Notes: generated by a model not told the origin, from the sequence alone. Positions 19,325 through 29,768 are shown, counted from the stretch's first letter. The stretch: 64,000 nucleotides of DNA from an uncultured delta proteobacterium (GCA_963760795.1 CAVXEP010000029.1:160001-224000); one strand, 5' to 3'. Numbers and translations are program-made.

Positions 19325-21139
19325 ATGGCGCATACGCATGACATAGAAGATCGTAATTCCATGGGGGCCGAGAGCGGCAGATTGCCGGGCATGTGGTTTT
19401 TTCTCGGCGCGGCTCTTTTGGTTGCAATTCTTTATTGGGCCCAGGCGATTTTGATTCCTGTGGCCCTAGCTATCCTCTTAACCTTTTTGCTTGCGCCGAT
19501 AGCAGGGCAGTTAGAGCGCTGGGGAATCTACCGCGGTTTGTCGGTATCTCTAGTCGTTTTGCTGACGGCGCTTTTGCTGGGCGGCATGATTTGGCTTGCC
19601 GCGATGCAAATTCGCAATCTGGCCGATGAGTTGCCGCATTATCGTGCCAACATGCGGCAAAAGATTAGCGATCTGCGCGAGCTGCAGAAAAGCAGCGCGC
19701 TGGATCGTCTTAACGATATGTTCGGGGAGGTGCGCGGCGAATTATCTAAAGACGACAAAACCAGCGTGCCGAAGCCATCTGCCGAAGCCGCCCCCGGCGG
19801 CCCCGCTGGCCAACCGTTCTTTTGGGAATCGTTAAAGCAACCGATTGCCAGCGCCGGTCTGGTCTTGCTGCTGTTGATTTATATGCTCGCGCAGCGCGAA
19901 GAAATGCGTAATCGGCTCATCCGGCTATTTGGCTATGGCAATCTAACGATTACCACCCACGCGCTCGAGGAAATGGGCCAGCGCGTCAGTAGCTATTTAT
20001 TAACCCAATTGGCGATCAATAGCAGTTTTGGAATGATGGTCGCTGTCGCGCTAGCCCTGATCGATCTACCCTACGCATTTCTCTGGGGTTTTCTTGCGAC
20101 TCTGTTGATTTTTGTACCGGTGATCGGTTTCTGGATCGCCGCCGCATTGCCGACAGTGCTCAGTCTGGCGGTGTTCACGAACTGGGGCTGGTCGTTGTTT
20201 GTGCTCGGACTTTTTTTAGTACTCAAGACCGTCATTAACACGATTCTTGAACCGTTGCTTTACGGCAAAAGCGCCGGGGTGTTGCAAGTGCCGCTTTTGA
20301 TCATGCTGGCATTCTGGACCTGGCTCTGGGGACCCATGGGCTTGATTCTGGCCACGCCATTGACTGTCTCGCTGCTGGTTTTTGCCAAGCATGTGCCGCA
20401 GTTGGAATTCCTGAATTTACTAATGAGCGATCAGCCGGCGATGGCATCCCAGATCAGCCTCTATCAGCGCATGCTTGCGCTTGATTATGATGAGGTGTCG
20501 GTAATATGGGAGAATTTCCTGCGTGATGAACCGCCTGAAACGGCTTATGACGCGCTGCTATTACCGGCGCTCAGTTATGCCAAGGCGGATCGCCGGCGCG
20601 GCCGTTTGACGGTGCGACAGGAAAAATTCATTTTCGCCACCGCGCAGGCTTTACAGGAAGAGCTGAACAGCGCTGGAATCAGCCAGAAAGCGAAGTTGCC
20701 GCCGGCTCATAGGACTCGCATCATCGGTTGTCCGGCAGAGGACGATGCTGATGAACGCGCGTTGTTCTTCCTCTGCGACCTGCTCGATCCGCTACGCTTC
20801 GATTGCGAGGTCGTTGCCGATGCGAAGCTTGCCGCTGAAACCATCGCCGGTCTTGGCCCACGCGAGGCCGTGCTGGTGATCGCCGTCCTGCCGCCCGGCG
20901 GCATTGCGCGGAGCCGTTCTCTCTGCAAGCAGCTGCGCGCGAGATTCGCGCACTTGAAGATTCTCGTCTTATGTTGGCAATGTGCCGGCGATCAGTCCCA
21001 AGTTCGACAGAGTATTTTGGCCGCCGGCGCCGATTGGGTGTGCTTTAATTTACTCGAGACACGCGCACAAATCGCCAATCTCGCTGGAGATGCGGTCGCG
21101 CTATCTAGCAGCCTGGATAAAGAAGCCGTTGAGGGTTAA
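19325..21139 (+). CDS. AI-2E (PerM) family transporter with a C-terminal helical cap and Rossmann-like domain
   Basis: LIPVALAILLTFLLAP, LEPLLYG, FWTWLWGPMGLILATPLT; extra ~230-aa soluble C-terminus. Confidence 0.9.
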   Translation: MAHTHDIEDRNSMGAESGRLPGMWFFLGAALLVAILYWAQAILIPVALAILLTFLLAPIAGQLERWGIYRGLSVSLVVLLTALLLGGMIWLAAMQIRNLADELPHYRANMRQKISDLRELQKSSALDRLNDMFGEVRGELSKDDKTSVPKPSAEAAPGGPAGQPFFWESLKQPIASAGLVLLLLIYMLAQREEMRNRLIRLFGYGNLTITTHALEEMGQRVSSYLLTQLAINSSFGMMVAVALALIDLPYAFLWGFLATLLIFVPVIGFWIAAALPTVLSLAVFTNWGWSLFVLGLFLVLKTVINTILEPLLYGKSAGVLQVPLLIMLAFWTWLWGPMGLILATPLTVSLLVFAKHVPQLEFLNLLMSDQPAMASQISLYQRMLALDYDEVSVIWENFLRDEPPETAYDALLLPALSYAKADRRRGRLTVRQEKFIFATAQALQEELNSAGISQKAKLPPAHRTRIIGCPAEDDADERALFFLCDLLDPLRFDCEVVADAKLAAETIAGLGPREAVLVIAVLPPGGIARSRSLCKQLRARFAHLKILVLCWQCAGDQSQVRQSILAAGADWVCFNLLETRAQIANLAGDAVALSSSLDKEAVEG

Positions 21140-21249
21140 CTAAAAGCAACTGACAGTCGAAGGGTCGCCATATGACGTTGTTCCTTAAAACAGCCCGCAT
21201 GAGTCTCACCGATTGAAAGTTTTGCTATCGCAATACGGGGTTGCAAAAC

Positions 21250-21264
21250 TGGTACGAAGTTTGC
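21250..21264 (+). promoter_or_regulatory. sigma54 -24/-12 element
   Basis: TGGTACGAAGTTTGC. Confidence 0.7.
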
Positions 21265-21370
21265 TGACATTAAACTCAGAGGAATGATCCAATCGACGAG
21301 ATAATGGGAAAATTTTACCAATCGCGTCTTCGGGATTTTCTACCGACGACGGCCAAGCGAAAGTAAATAA

Positions 21371-21658
21371 ATGACTACAACGGATCTTGATAAAGCGCTG
21401 GTCGATGCGCGGGCCGTGTTTAAGCGGCCCGAAGATGTTGTCACGGCAAGCGATCTCACGCGGGAGCAAAAGATCGAAATTTTGCGCCGATGGGAATACG
21501 ATGCCAGAGAAATTCAGGTCGCCGAGGAAGAAGGAATGACCGCTCCGCCATCGGCGCCTCAGAGTGCGCCCTTGGATCTGATACTCAAAGCGCTACGTGC
21601 ATTGGGGGCGCCGTCGAGTGTTGAAAACTCTGCACCGACAAAACAGGGTGGTTCTTAA
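21371..21658 (+). CDS. Conserved hypothetical protein (FxxPEDVV...EQKIEILRRWEYDA...EEGM)
   Basis: Coherent 95-aa ORF downstream of the sigma54 element. Confidence 0.75.
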   Translation: MTTTDLDKALVDARAVFKRPEDVVTASDLTREQKIEILRRWEYDAREIQVAEEEGMTAPPSAPQSAPLDLILKALRALGAPSSVENSAPTKQGGS

Positions 21659-22107
21659 AGACCCTGGGTTTCCGGCGTCGGTGCTCCCCGCGCGTTAGAA
21701 TTTTGCGCTCGGTTTGCCTTCATCAGATCCAGAGGCAGAGTTACGCAAAATACCGTGCTGTTGCCAAGTTCATTCGTGTAATCGATCGAACCTTGATCCG
21801 TCGAGACGATTATTCAACCACGGCGAGTTCGATGCCGAGCCCTTAGATTTGCCGTGATCAGCGGTTTAAAGACTTTCAATTCAGAAAAAAATTCCCATCT
21901 TGGTATCGGCATCTTCCGAGAAGAGCTTGTTGTCGCTGCAATAACCGCGCAGCGTGAGTGTGCCCCCTTGAGGCGTCGCTTACGCGGCGTTCTGCAGAGT
22001 AGGTCTTCTGCCCGGCCACTTGGGCGGTCAACGAGGTTCGGTTGGTCGGCTCAAGTCCACGTTGCAGGTTCGGACTTGAACAAAAACCATCTTCTCGATT
22101 AAATCTC

Positions 22108-22260
22108 TCAATCGATCGATTTCGTCGCCAAGCGACTCATAAAGTCGGCAATCCGCTCATAATGCTCTTCGAGTTTCACTCGTTGATCGATGTCGCGCAT
22201 GAGTTCGGCGTGCGCCCGCCCAGAGACTTCGTACGTTCGGCAACTCTTTGCTCTACTCCG
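22108..22260 (-). pseudogene. Sensor-kinase signalling-helix remnant
   Basis: VEQRVAERT..., then frameshifted AHAELMRDIDQRVKLEE. Confidence 0.45.
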
Positions 22261-22674
22261 ATCGAGGCGGCACAATTGGTCGTCGGTACTAGACGCAACG
22301 GGCCGATATCGCCGCCGATCGCTTTGCGCTCCAGACGATTATTCGTGAAACAGTAGGGGAGTTGCGAGCGCGATGCCCGTCGGCGCCAGAACGTGGATGC
22401 GCTCGGATGGAGCAAGGCGTGGGCTAAACCGAATTTACCCGCAAAGAAGTAATTGCTGCAAGCAGACCGAACAGTGCATAATGGTCGAGATTGCGCCGCT
22501 GTCTGCTCATGGAGACAACCTCTATGCCGTTGGTCCACAAAAGGCGGTCGCACAACCGACGTAAGTTAGTCCACCGGCGGGGTTTGTTTTACCAGAGACG
22601 GACAGACTTTAACTTCCAGATTTGAGAGCAAACCCAATGGCATTACGACCGAAAATCGACGTTCTGGGTGTGGT

Positions 22675-22690
22675 GTCCCAAAATTGTGAC
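22675..22690. promoter_or_regulatory. Single near-perfect 16-bp box upstream of the hybrid kinase
   Basis: GTCCCAAAATTGTGAC, one mismatch from the 9944 copy. Confidence 0.6.
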
Positions 22691-22825
22691 AAGAGAATAA
22701 CCGTTTACTTACATTTCTCTAACTCAGATGTTATGCAACGCTATTAAAGCTTACACCCAGCTGCCGAGAAGAACCTAACGAATGAAAAATCAAGGCTCAA
22801 GACCTGATCAGCGCGCCACACTTCG

Positions 22826-25663
22826 ATGAAGCCCCAAACATCGATCAAGCTGCGCTGGCATCTAATAGTGCTGATAGTCGCCACATTGGTGCCGATGCTG
22901 ATTTTCGCAGCTATTCTGATGCAGCGTGAAATCAAACAGCAGCAGGAAAATGTCGACCGTGGCATGCGCCATACCGCCCGGGCGCTTTCCCTTGCCGTGG
23001 ACCGCGAAATCTCAAGCGCGCGGGCAGTGCTGGATACACTTGAAGGCTCGCAGTCTATCGACGAACGCAATTTTCCACGGTTTTATCGGTTGGCTGCGGC
23101 CGCCGCGGCGAAACGTCAAGGTTCGCGTGTCATTCTTTTCGCTCTCGATGGTCAACAGCTTGTCAACACCGCTAGACCTTTAGGCGATTCGCTGCCCAAT
23201 CCTTTTCAGGAAGGACAGCCGGAAGGGAAAAATCCCGTTTATCCCGATCTCCCTATCGGTGGAAATGCTCATCTGAAGCAAATTATCGAAACCGGCCAGC
23301 CCACACTTTCCGATGTGTTTATCACCTTAACCAACCGGCGACCCGAGATCTCGATTGGAGTGCCGGTCAAGCGCAACAACAAGATTCTTTACATTCTAGA
23401 TATAGTTTTCGAGTTGGGAACATTTACTAGATTGCTGCTGGAAGAAGGGATACCCGCAGGCTCGGAAGGAGTGATCATCGACCGCCAGGGAGTTATCGTC
23501 ACTCATACCAAGGCTCCGGAGCGGTTTATTGGCCGGCGCGCGGCGGCGCCGCTACTCGAGCAGATGGCCAAGTTGGATGAGGGAGTCGCGATCACGCAGA
23601 GTCCGACAGACGCATCGACCGCGCTCTATTTTGTTCGATCAAATTCAACCGGGTGGAGCACCGGTATCGGTGTTTCGCAAGCGGCGGCGCACGCGGCGCT
23701 CAATCGCACTTTTTATTTACTGATTGGCGGCGCGGCACTGTTGCTGTTGTTAAGTCTGGCGGCCGCGCTATTTCTAGGCAGACGGCTGACCAGCTCCCTC
23801 GCCCGGCTGGCTCATTCGGCGGAAGCGATTCAGCACGGTGAGCCGATCGCACTCAAACGCTCTACGGTTTATGAGATCGATGAATTACATCGCCAATTGG
23901 TTCAAGCCGGAACCCTGGCGCGACAAAGCTTTCAGGATCGCCGATTGCGCATTGAGGCCGAAGCGCAGCGGGCTGCGGCCGAGGCAGCGCGAAGTGAAAT
24001 CCTCGAACGTGAAGCAAAATTGCAAGAAAGCGAGGAACGCTTGCGTGCCTTTCTCGAAAACAGCGCGACGATTGCGTGGATGGTCGACGAAGAGGGGCGC
24101 TATGTTTATCTGAGCCGTAATTATCTGAAGCATTTCGATCTCGGTGCGCGACAATGGCAGGGCAAGACCGTCTTCGATTTGTGGCCGGCGGCGGTCGCCG
24201 AGAAGCTGCGTCAATCAGATTTGGCGGTGCTTGCCCATGGCGGACTGCAAGAGGAGATTGAGCAGACGAAAAATCCCGATGGCAGCCGCTCATGGTGGTT
24301 CAATTCCCGATTCGTGCTCACAGATCGTTCGGGCAAACGCTATGTTGGTAGTCTGGCGGTCGATATCACCGAGCGCAATCGGCTCCAAGAAGAACTCGAG
24401 CAGCGCGTCGCCGAGCTGAAAGAAGCCGACCGGCGCAAGGATGAATTTTTAGCGGTGCTATCGCATGAGTTAAGAAATCCGCTGGCACCGATTGCCAATG
24501 CCGTGCAGATTCTAAAAACGCTCGATGCCGCGGATCCGAAGCTGCGCTGGTGCCGCGACTTGATCGATCAGCAAATCAATTTGATGGCCCGCTTGATGGA
24601 AGATCTGCTCGACGTCAGCCGAATCACCCGAGGGCGATTACCGTTGCGTAAGCAGTTGGTGGAGCTGGGCCCGGTGGCTGAGGACGCGCTACAAATAAGC
24701 CGGCCGCTCATCGAAGCCCGTGGGCATAAGCTAACGGTCGATCTGCCGGCGGAAAGATTGATGCTTGACGGCGACCCGGCGCGGCTGACGCAAGTGTTTG
24801 CAAATTTATTGAACAACGCCGCCAAGTACATGGAAGGCAGCGGCGAGATTCGCTTTACAGCGAGGCTCGAGAGAGCCCTCACTCTCGTCCCCTTCGACGA
24901 GTTCAGGATAGGTTCTGCCGTCGCGGGCGAGAATGGGCGAACAGAAGCCGCGAGAGTAGAGACGGCGAGAAGCAACGAAGTCATCATTTCGGTCAAAGAC
25001 AACGGCATCGGCCTCGCGCCGGAACAACTGCCGCATATATTCGACATGTTTTTTCAGGTCGATACCGGCAGAGATCGCCACTACGATGGCTTGGGTATTG
25101 GACTGACTCTGGCGCGCAACTTGATCGAGCTGCATGGCGGCACGATTGAGGCGAGGAGCGAGGGGCTCGGAAAGGGCAGCGAGTTTATCATGCATTTGCC
25201 GGTGGCGAGGGTCGATGCCGTTTCAGCGGCAAGCGAGCGGGCGGCGCATCAACCACCGGCAGCATTGCCTGGCAAACGTATCGCCGTGGTGGACGACAAT
25301 AAGCTGCAGGCGCGATCCATGGCGATACTGCTCGAGGTGATGGGTTACCAGGTGAAGACCGCCCATGATGGCGAGAGCGCGATTCGCATGATCGCGGAGT
25401 TTGTCCCGCAAGTGGCACTCATCGACATCGGTTTGCCGGGATTAAACGGTTATGAACTGGCGCGTCGGTTGCTCGCGTTGCCGCAAGTAAACGGCATCAC
25501 GCTGATCGCGCAGACCGGTTGGGGACGGGATGAAGACCGGGAGTTATCGCGCCAAGCCGGTTTCCAGCATCATCTTCTCAAGCCGATCGATCGCCGGCTA
25601 CTGGAGGAGCTCCTGGGCGAGATTCTTGGTTCAACGTCGACTGAGTCGATTATCTCGCAGTAG
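22826..25663 (+). CDS. Membrane hybrid sensor histidine kinase (Cache-like periplasmic domain, PAS, HisKA, HATPase, REC)
   Basis: Two TMs; SHELRNPL H-box; NLLNNAAKY; DNGIG; GLGIGL; REC LIDIGLPG. Confidence 0.92.
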   Translation: MKPQTSIKLRWHLIVLIVATLVPMLIFAAILMQREIKQQQENVDRGMRHTARALSLAVDREISSARAVLDTLEGSQSIDERNFPRFYRLAAAAAAKRQGSRVILFALDGQQLVNTARPLGDSLPNPFQEGQPEGKNPVYPDLPIGGNAHLKQIIETGQPTLSDVFITLTNRRPEISIGVPVKRNNKILYILDIVFELGTFTRLLLEEGIPAGSEGVIIDRQGVIVTHTKAPERFIGRRAAAPLLEQMAKLDEGVAITQSPTDASTALYFVRSNSTGWSTGIGVSQAAAHAALNRTFYLLIGGAALLLLLSLAAALFLGRRLTSSLARLAHSAEAIQHGEPIALKRSTVYEIDELHRQLVQAGTLARQSFQDRRLRIEAEAQRAAAEAARSEILEREAKLQESEERLRAFLENSATIAWMVDEEGRYVYLSRNYLKHFDLGARQWQGKTVFDLWPAAVAEKLRQSDLAVLAHGGLQEEIEQTKNPDGSRSWWFNSRFVLTDRSGKRYVGSLAVDITERNRLQEELEQRVAELKEADRRKDEFLAVLSHELRNPLAPIANAVQILKTLDAADPKLRWCRDLIDQQINLMARLMEDLLDVSRITRGRLPLRKQLVELGPVAEDALQISRPLIEARGHKLTVDLPAERLMLDGDPARLTQVFANLLNNAAKYMEGSGEIRFTARLERALTLVPFDEFRIGSAVAGENGRTEAARVETARSNEVIISVKDNGIGLAPEQLPHIFDMFFQVDTGRDRHYDGLGIGLTLARNLIELHGGTIEARSEGLGKGSEFIMHLPVARVDAVSAASERAAHQPPAALPGKRIAVVDDNKLQARSMAILLEVMGYQVKTAHDGESAIRMIAEFVPQVALIDIGLPGLNGYELARRLLALPQVNGITLIAQTGWGRDEDRELSRQAGFQHHLLKPIDRRLLEELLGEILGSTSTESIISQ

Positions 25664-25733
25664 AGAACATGAAAGGCCAAGCGGCCAAAACGCTTTTTGG
25701 TGCCGCAAGCAAACGATACACTCGGAGTAACCG

Positions 25734-26795
25734 ATGACAATCCCAACTGAGCCGATCGGCAGCATCCCAAGACCTCTTAAGCTGATTGAGGCGATCGCCA
25801 CACGAGGAGTCAATGATCCGTCATTGGAGACGCTCTTTGAAGACGCGAGCCGCGACACCATCGAGCGCTTCGAGGCGACGGGATCGCCCGTCATCGCCGA
25901 CGGCGAGCAAAGAAAATATCACAACTTCTGGACGTACAGCGTGCAGGGATTGCCCAATGCGGCGGAGGACGGCTTTAAGATACCTTTCGTCGCCGGTCAC
26001 ACTCGCCGGATGCTGCGCTTGACCGATGGTCCTTTCCGCTACAAGACCTATGCGGACAGCTACCTGGATTTGGCGCTACGCCATGCCCATGTGCCAGTGA
26101 AGCAGGCGGTCATCTCGCCTTCCGCCCTCAGTCTTATGTATCCGCCCGACGAGATCCCTGGCTATCCGCGCGGGCAGTTCATCGACGACCTGCTCCGCGA
26201 GCACGAGACCGAGGTGCGCGCCTGCTTGCGCAAAGGCGCGCACAAAGTGCAGATCGACTTCACGGAAGGGCGGCTGGCGCTTAAGATCGACCCTTCCGGG
26301 CATCTCTTGCAGAGCTTTATCGATCTGAACAATCTGGCGCTGGCACGCTTCTCCGCCGCAGATCTTCAGCGCATCGGCGTGCACACATGTCCCGGTGGCG
26401 ACCGCGATTCGACCCACAGCGCGGATGTCGATTACGCCGAGCTGCTGCCGCAACTGTTCGAGTTGACGGCGGGCAACTTTTACATCGCGCTGGCCGGGGA
26501 AACGGACCATGTCCGGGTCCTGAAGATCATCCGCGACCACATGAAGGCGGACCAGCGAATTTTTGTTGGCGTTATCGCACCGATCGATGCGCGTGTCGAG
26601 ACAGCCGAACAGGTTCGGGATCGGGTCCTCGAGGCGGCCCAATACATTCCGCTCGAGCAATTGGGCACCACCGATGACTGCGGTTTTGCACCGTTCTGCG
26701 ATGACACTTCGACGACCCGCGACACGGCCTTTGCAAAGATCCGGGCGCGCGTAGAGGGCACGGCGCTTGCAGCGGAAATTCTCGGAGGTCATTAA
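25734..26795 (+). CDS. Cobalamin-independent methionine synthase core-domain (MetE C-half) family protein
   Basis: IGSIPRP, DGEQRK, GVHTCPG and DDCGF motifs; 353 aa, a single barrel. Confidence 0.85.
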   Translation: MTIPTEPIGSIPRPLKLIEAIATRGVNDPSLETLFEDASRDTIERFEATGSPVIADGEQRKYHNFWTYSVQGLPNAAEDGFKIPFVAGHTRRMLRLTDGPFRYKTYADSYLDLALRHAHVPVKQAVISPSALSLMYPPDEIPGYPRGQFIDDLLREHETEVRACLRKGAHKVQIDFTEGRLALKIDPSGHLLQSFIDLNNLALARFSAADLQRIGVHTCPGGDRDSTHSADVDYAELLPQLFELTAGNFYIALAGETDHVRVLKIIRDHMKADQRIFVGVIAPIDARVETAEQVRDRVLEAAQYIPLEQLGTTDDCGFAPFCDDTSTTRDTAFAKIRARVEGTALAAEILGGH

Positions 26796-28825
26796 TGGCG
26801 GCGACAGACCACGAGGATGCGCGGCTTCGTTCCGTTGCCCTGCAAAACGCCCGGAGCATCGTACTTGCGCGCCGGCGCGCAGAGGAAGTGTTGCGCAAGC
26901 AGTCAGAGTGGCTGCGCGTCACGCTTTCCAGCATTGGCGATGGGGTGATCAGCACCGACGCCGAAGGCCGTGTGAGCTTTATGAATGGCGTGGCCGAGGC
27001 CTTAACGGGTTGGACGCGCAATGAAGCGATGGGGCAAGCGCTTGATGCGGTGTTCCGCATTGTCAACGAGTCAACCCGCGAAGGCGTGGAAAATCCGGCT
27101 ATGCGGGTACTGCGCGAAGGCGCCATTGTCGGGCTGGCGAACCATACTCTCCTCATTGCCAAAGATGGCACGGAACGACCGATCGACGACAGTGCCGCGC
27201 CGATCTGCAATGAGAAGGGGAGCATCGCTGGATGTGTACTGGTCTTTCGCGATGTTACCGAGAGGCGCAGGGCGGAAGACGCCCTGCACCGTAGCGAACG
27301 CGAACTCAGCGAGTTCTTCGAAAACGCCAACGTCGGCCTGCACTGGGTCGGCCCAGACGGGATCATCTTGCGGGCGAACCAGGCCGAACTCGATTTGCTC
27401 GGTTACAGCCGCGAGGAATACGTCGGCCGCCATATCGCCGAGTTTCATGTCGATAAACCCGAGATCGACAAGATGCTCGACTGCTTACTGCGCGCTGAGA
27501 ACCTGCATGAATACCCGGCGCGAATGCGCTGTAAAGACGGATCGATCCGGGACGTGCTGGTAAACTCCAGCGGGTTTTTCGAGAACGGCGAATTCATTCA
27601 CAGCCGTTGCTTCACCCACGATATCACCGAGCGCAAACGGGCCGAACAAAAACTCACCGACGCCAACCGCCGCAAGGACGAATTTTTAGCGACGTTATCG
27701 CACGAGCTGAGAAACCCGCTGGCGCCGATTCGCAACGCCGTGCAAATCTTAAAGACCATCAGCCCCGCCACGCCGACGCTCGAGTGGTGCCGGGATTTGA
27801 TCGATAACCAGGTCGCCCAGATGGCGCGGCTGATGGAAGATCTGCTCGACCTCACCCTTATCTCGCGTAATTCGTTGGAGCTGCGCAAACAGCCGGCGGA
27901 TTTGGGCGCGGTGATCGAAGGTGCGATCGAAACCAGCCGGCCGCTGATCGAAGCGGGCCGGCACCAGCTCACGGTCAATCTGCCGGCGCAAAAAATGATG
28001 CTAGATGGCGATCCGGCCCGCCTTATTCAAGTGTTCGCCAATTTATTGAATAACGCGGCAAAGTACACGGAACCTGACGGCGAGATCCACGTAAACGCGG
28101 AGCTCGTCCGCCGAGCGGAGCAGGACGGTTTACAGGACGTGGTTGTCTCGATCAAAGATAGCGGTATCGGCATTGCGCCTGACCTGCTGCTGCATCTTTT
28201 CGAAATGTTTTTTCAGGCCGATCGCAGCAAAGAACGCCATTACGGCGGTTTGGGAATCGGCCTTACGCTGGCGCTTCATATCGTTAAGCTGCACGGCGGG
28301 GGTATTGAAGTTAACAGTGAAGGACTCGGCAAGGGCAGCGAATTTGCCGTGCGCTTGCCGTTAGCTAAAGAATCCGGCGAGCAGGACCAGGGCAGCGTCG
28401 GCGCCGGCAATGAGGCAAATCCGCGTGCGCGGCGTTTGTCCAGGTCGGTATTAGTTGTGGATGACAACAATAATCAGGTCGAGAGCATCGCCATGCTGCT
28501 GAAGATTCTTGATTGCGAAGTGCGCGCGGCTAATGACGGTGTAAGCGCCCTGGAAGCACTGAAAGAGTTCATTCCTGAATTTGCCCTGATCGATATTGGT
28601 TTGCCGGGTATAGATGGTTTTGAGCTGGCGCGGCGTATCCGCAAATTCGACGAATATAAAAATATCGTGCTTATCGCGCAAACCGGCTGGGGAAGGGAAG
28701 AGGATCGTATAGAATCGCGCCAAGCAGGTTTTGATTATCACCTGGTAAAACCACTGGATTTCCAGTTGCTCGAAAGGATATTGACGGGAGCGGAGCCGCC
28801 GACCTTGAGTCAAGCTCGGGTTTAA
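26795..28825 (+). CDS. Cytoplasmic PAS-PAS hybrid histidine kinase with REC
   Basis: TAATG overlap with the upstream gene; two PAS/PAC domains; SHELRNPL; REC LIDIGLPG. Confidence 0.92.
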   Translation: MAATDHEDARLRSVALQNARSIVLARRRAEEVLRKQSEWLRVTLSSIGDGVISTDAEGRVSFMNGVAEALTGWTRNEAMGQALDAVFRIVNESTREGVENPAMRVLREGAIVGLANHTLLIAKDGTERPIDDSAAPICNEKGSIAGCVLVFRDVTERRRAEDALHRSERELSEFFENANVGLHWVGPDGIILRANQAELDLLGYSREEYVGRHIAEFHVDKPEIDKMLDCLLRAENLHEYPARMRCKDGSIRDVLVNSSGFFENGEFIHSRCFTHDITERKRAEQKLTDANRRKDEFLATLSHELRNPLAPIRNAVQILKTISPATPTLEWCRDLIDNQVAQMARLMEDLLDLTLISRNSLELRKQPADLGAVIEGAIETSRPLIEAGRHQLTVNLPAQKMMLDGDPARLIQVFANLLNNAAKYTEPDGEIHVNAELVRRAEQDGLQDVVVSIKDSGIGIAPDLLLHLFEMFFQADRSKERHYGGLGIGLTLALHIVKLHGGGIEVNSEGLGKGSEFAVRLPLAKESGEQDQGSVGAGNEANPRARRLSRSVLVVDDNNNQVESIAMLLKILDCEVRAANDGVSALEALKEFIPEFALIDIGLPGIDGFELARRIRKFDEYKNIVLIAQTGWGREEDRIESRQAGFDYHLVKPLDFQLLERILTGAEPPTLSQARV

Positions 28826-28944
28826 GATCGCGATCCAATCGACAAAACTCGTTGGCAATTTGTACCAAAGATGCGCGACGCGAAACGAGCCGGTCGTGTC
28901 GCTAAATTGCCGAGCGGACCGACATCTGTTTTTAAAGAATCCAG

Positions 28945-29739
28945 TTAGGGGTTTGCGCCGGAGCTTTTTTCGCGCTGTGAAAGCGGACTCTGCGCGTGAC
29001 GATGACCCCGTTCATATCCGGCGCGAAACTCGCGCGCATCCCACATATCCGGAAAGTGCATTTTCAAATAATTCTCGGCTTCGATGTAACCCTTGCCTCG
29101 ATTGGGCAGGTCTAACGCAGCTTCGAAACCTTTGCGATAAGTCGACTCGATCTGCACGAAATTTTCGGACGAGTCGTAGGACTCCGCTTCCGCATCGCGC
29201 AGGCCGATCCACCATTTCTCCCGGGCGGCATCGATACTTTCCGCCCCGGCATCAATCAGAATTTTTCGCCCGATTTCGAGTTGATCCTCGTCGTCGGTGC
29301 GAAAGATCAGAATCGTTCGACCTTGGCGTAGCGCATCCTCGTAAAAGTACAGTTCATCGCGCGGCAGTCCTTCGGTTAAGGAATATTCCAGGGCGCCGCC
29401 TGCGGCGGCGCCTCCGGCCGCACCGACGGTGCCGGTGATTGCCGCAGTTATGAAACCGATCGCCAGCACCGGCCCGACCCCAGGGAATAGCAGCGAGGAT
29501 AGGACCATGCCAAGCGGCAAACCGCCCGATAAACCGAGTGCGCCGCCGACTACTCCACCGATGACCTTGCCCATTCCGGGCTGCTCGCCGTCAGTCGTAG
29601 GAACGGTGTTTTGCTCGCCATTTTTCTTATCTGGCGTTAGTAGACTTAATTGATCTTTGGACAGGCCTGACCTGAGAAGCTCGTTTAGGGCCTTTTCAGC
29701 AGCTCTGGGCGAGGAAAATATTCCGCTGGCGGTTTTCAT
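28945..29739 (-). CDS. YflT/general-stress-protein-like protein with glycine-zipper TM segment
   Basis: GIFSS...AEKALNEL...G; GGVVGGALG; YEDALRQG. Confidence 0.75.
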   Translation of the reverse strand: MKTASGIFSSPRAAEKALNELLRSGLSKDQLSLLTPDKKNGEQNTVPTTDGEQPGMGKVIGGVVGGALGLSGGLPLGMVLSSLLFPGVGPVLAIGFITAAITGTVGAAGGAAAGGALEYSLTEGLPRDELYFYEDALRQGRTILIFRTDDEDQLEIGRKILIDAGAESIDAAREKWWIGLRDAEAESYDSSENFVQIESTYRKGFEAALDLPNRGKGYIEAENYLKMHFPDMWDAREFRAGYERGHRHAQSPLSQREKSSGANP

Positions 29740-29768
29740 AGAGTGGTCTCCTTCTGCTTAGAGTAAAA

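Noticed and set aside
21854-22564. Short plus-strand ORFs between 21.8 and 22.6 kb
   Set aside because: No RBS or motifs; the region is better explained as decayed minus-strand kinase sequence.
26076-27366. Long antisense ORFs (238 and 264 aa), and similar ones opposite katE, treZ, glgX and katG
   Set aside because: Shadows of GC-rich coding strands with no motifs or RBS.
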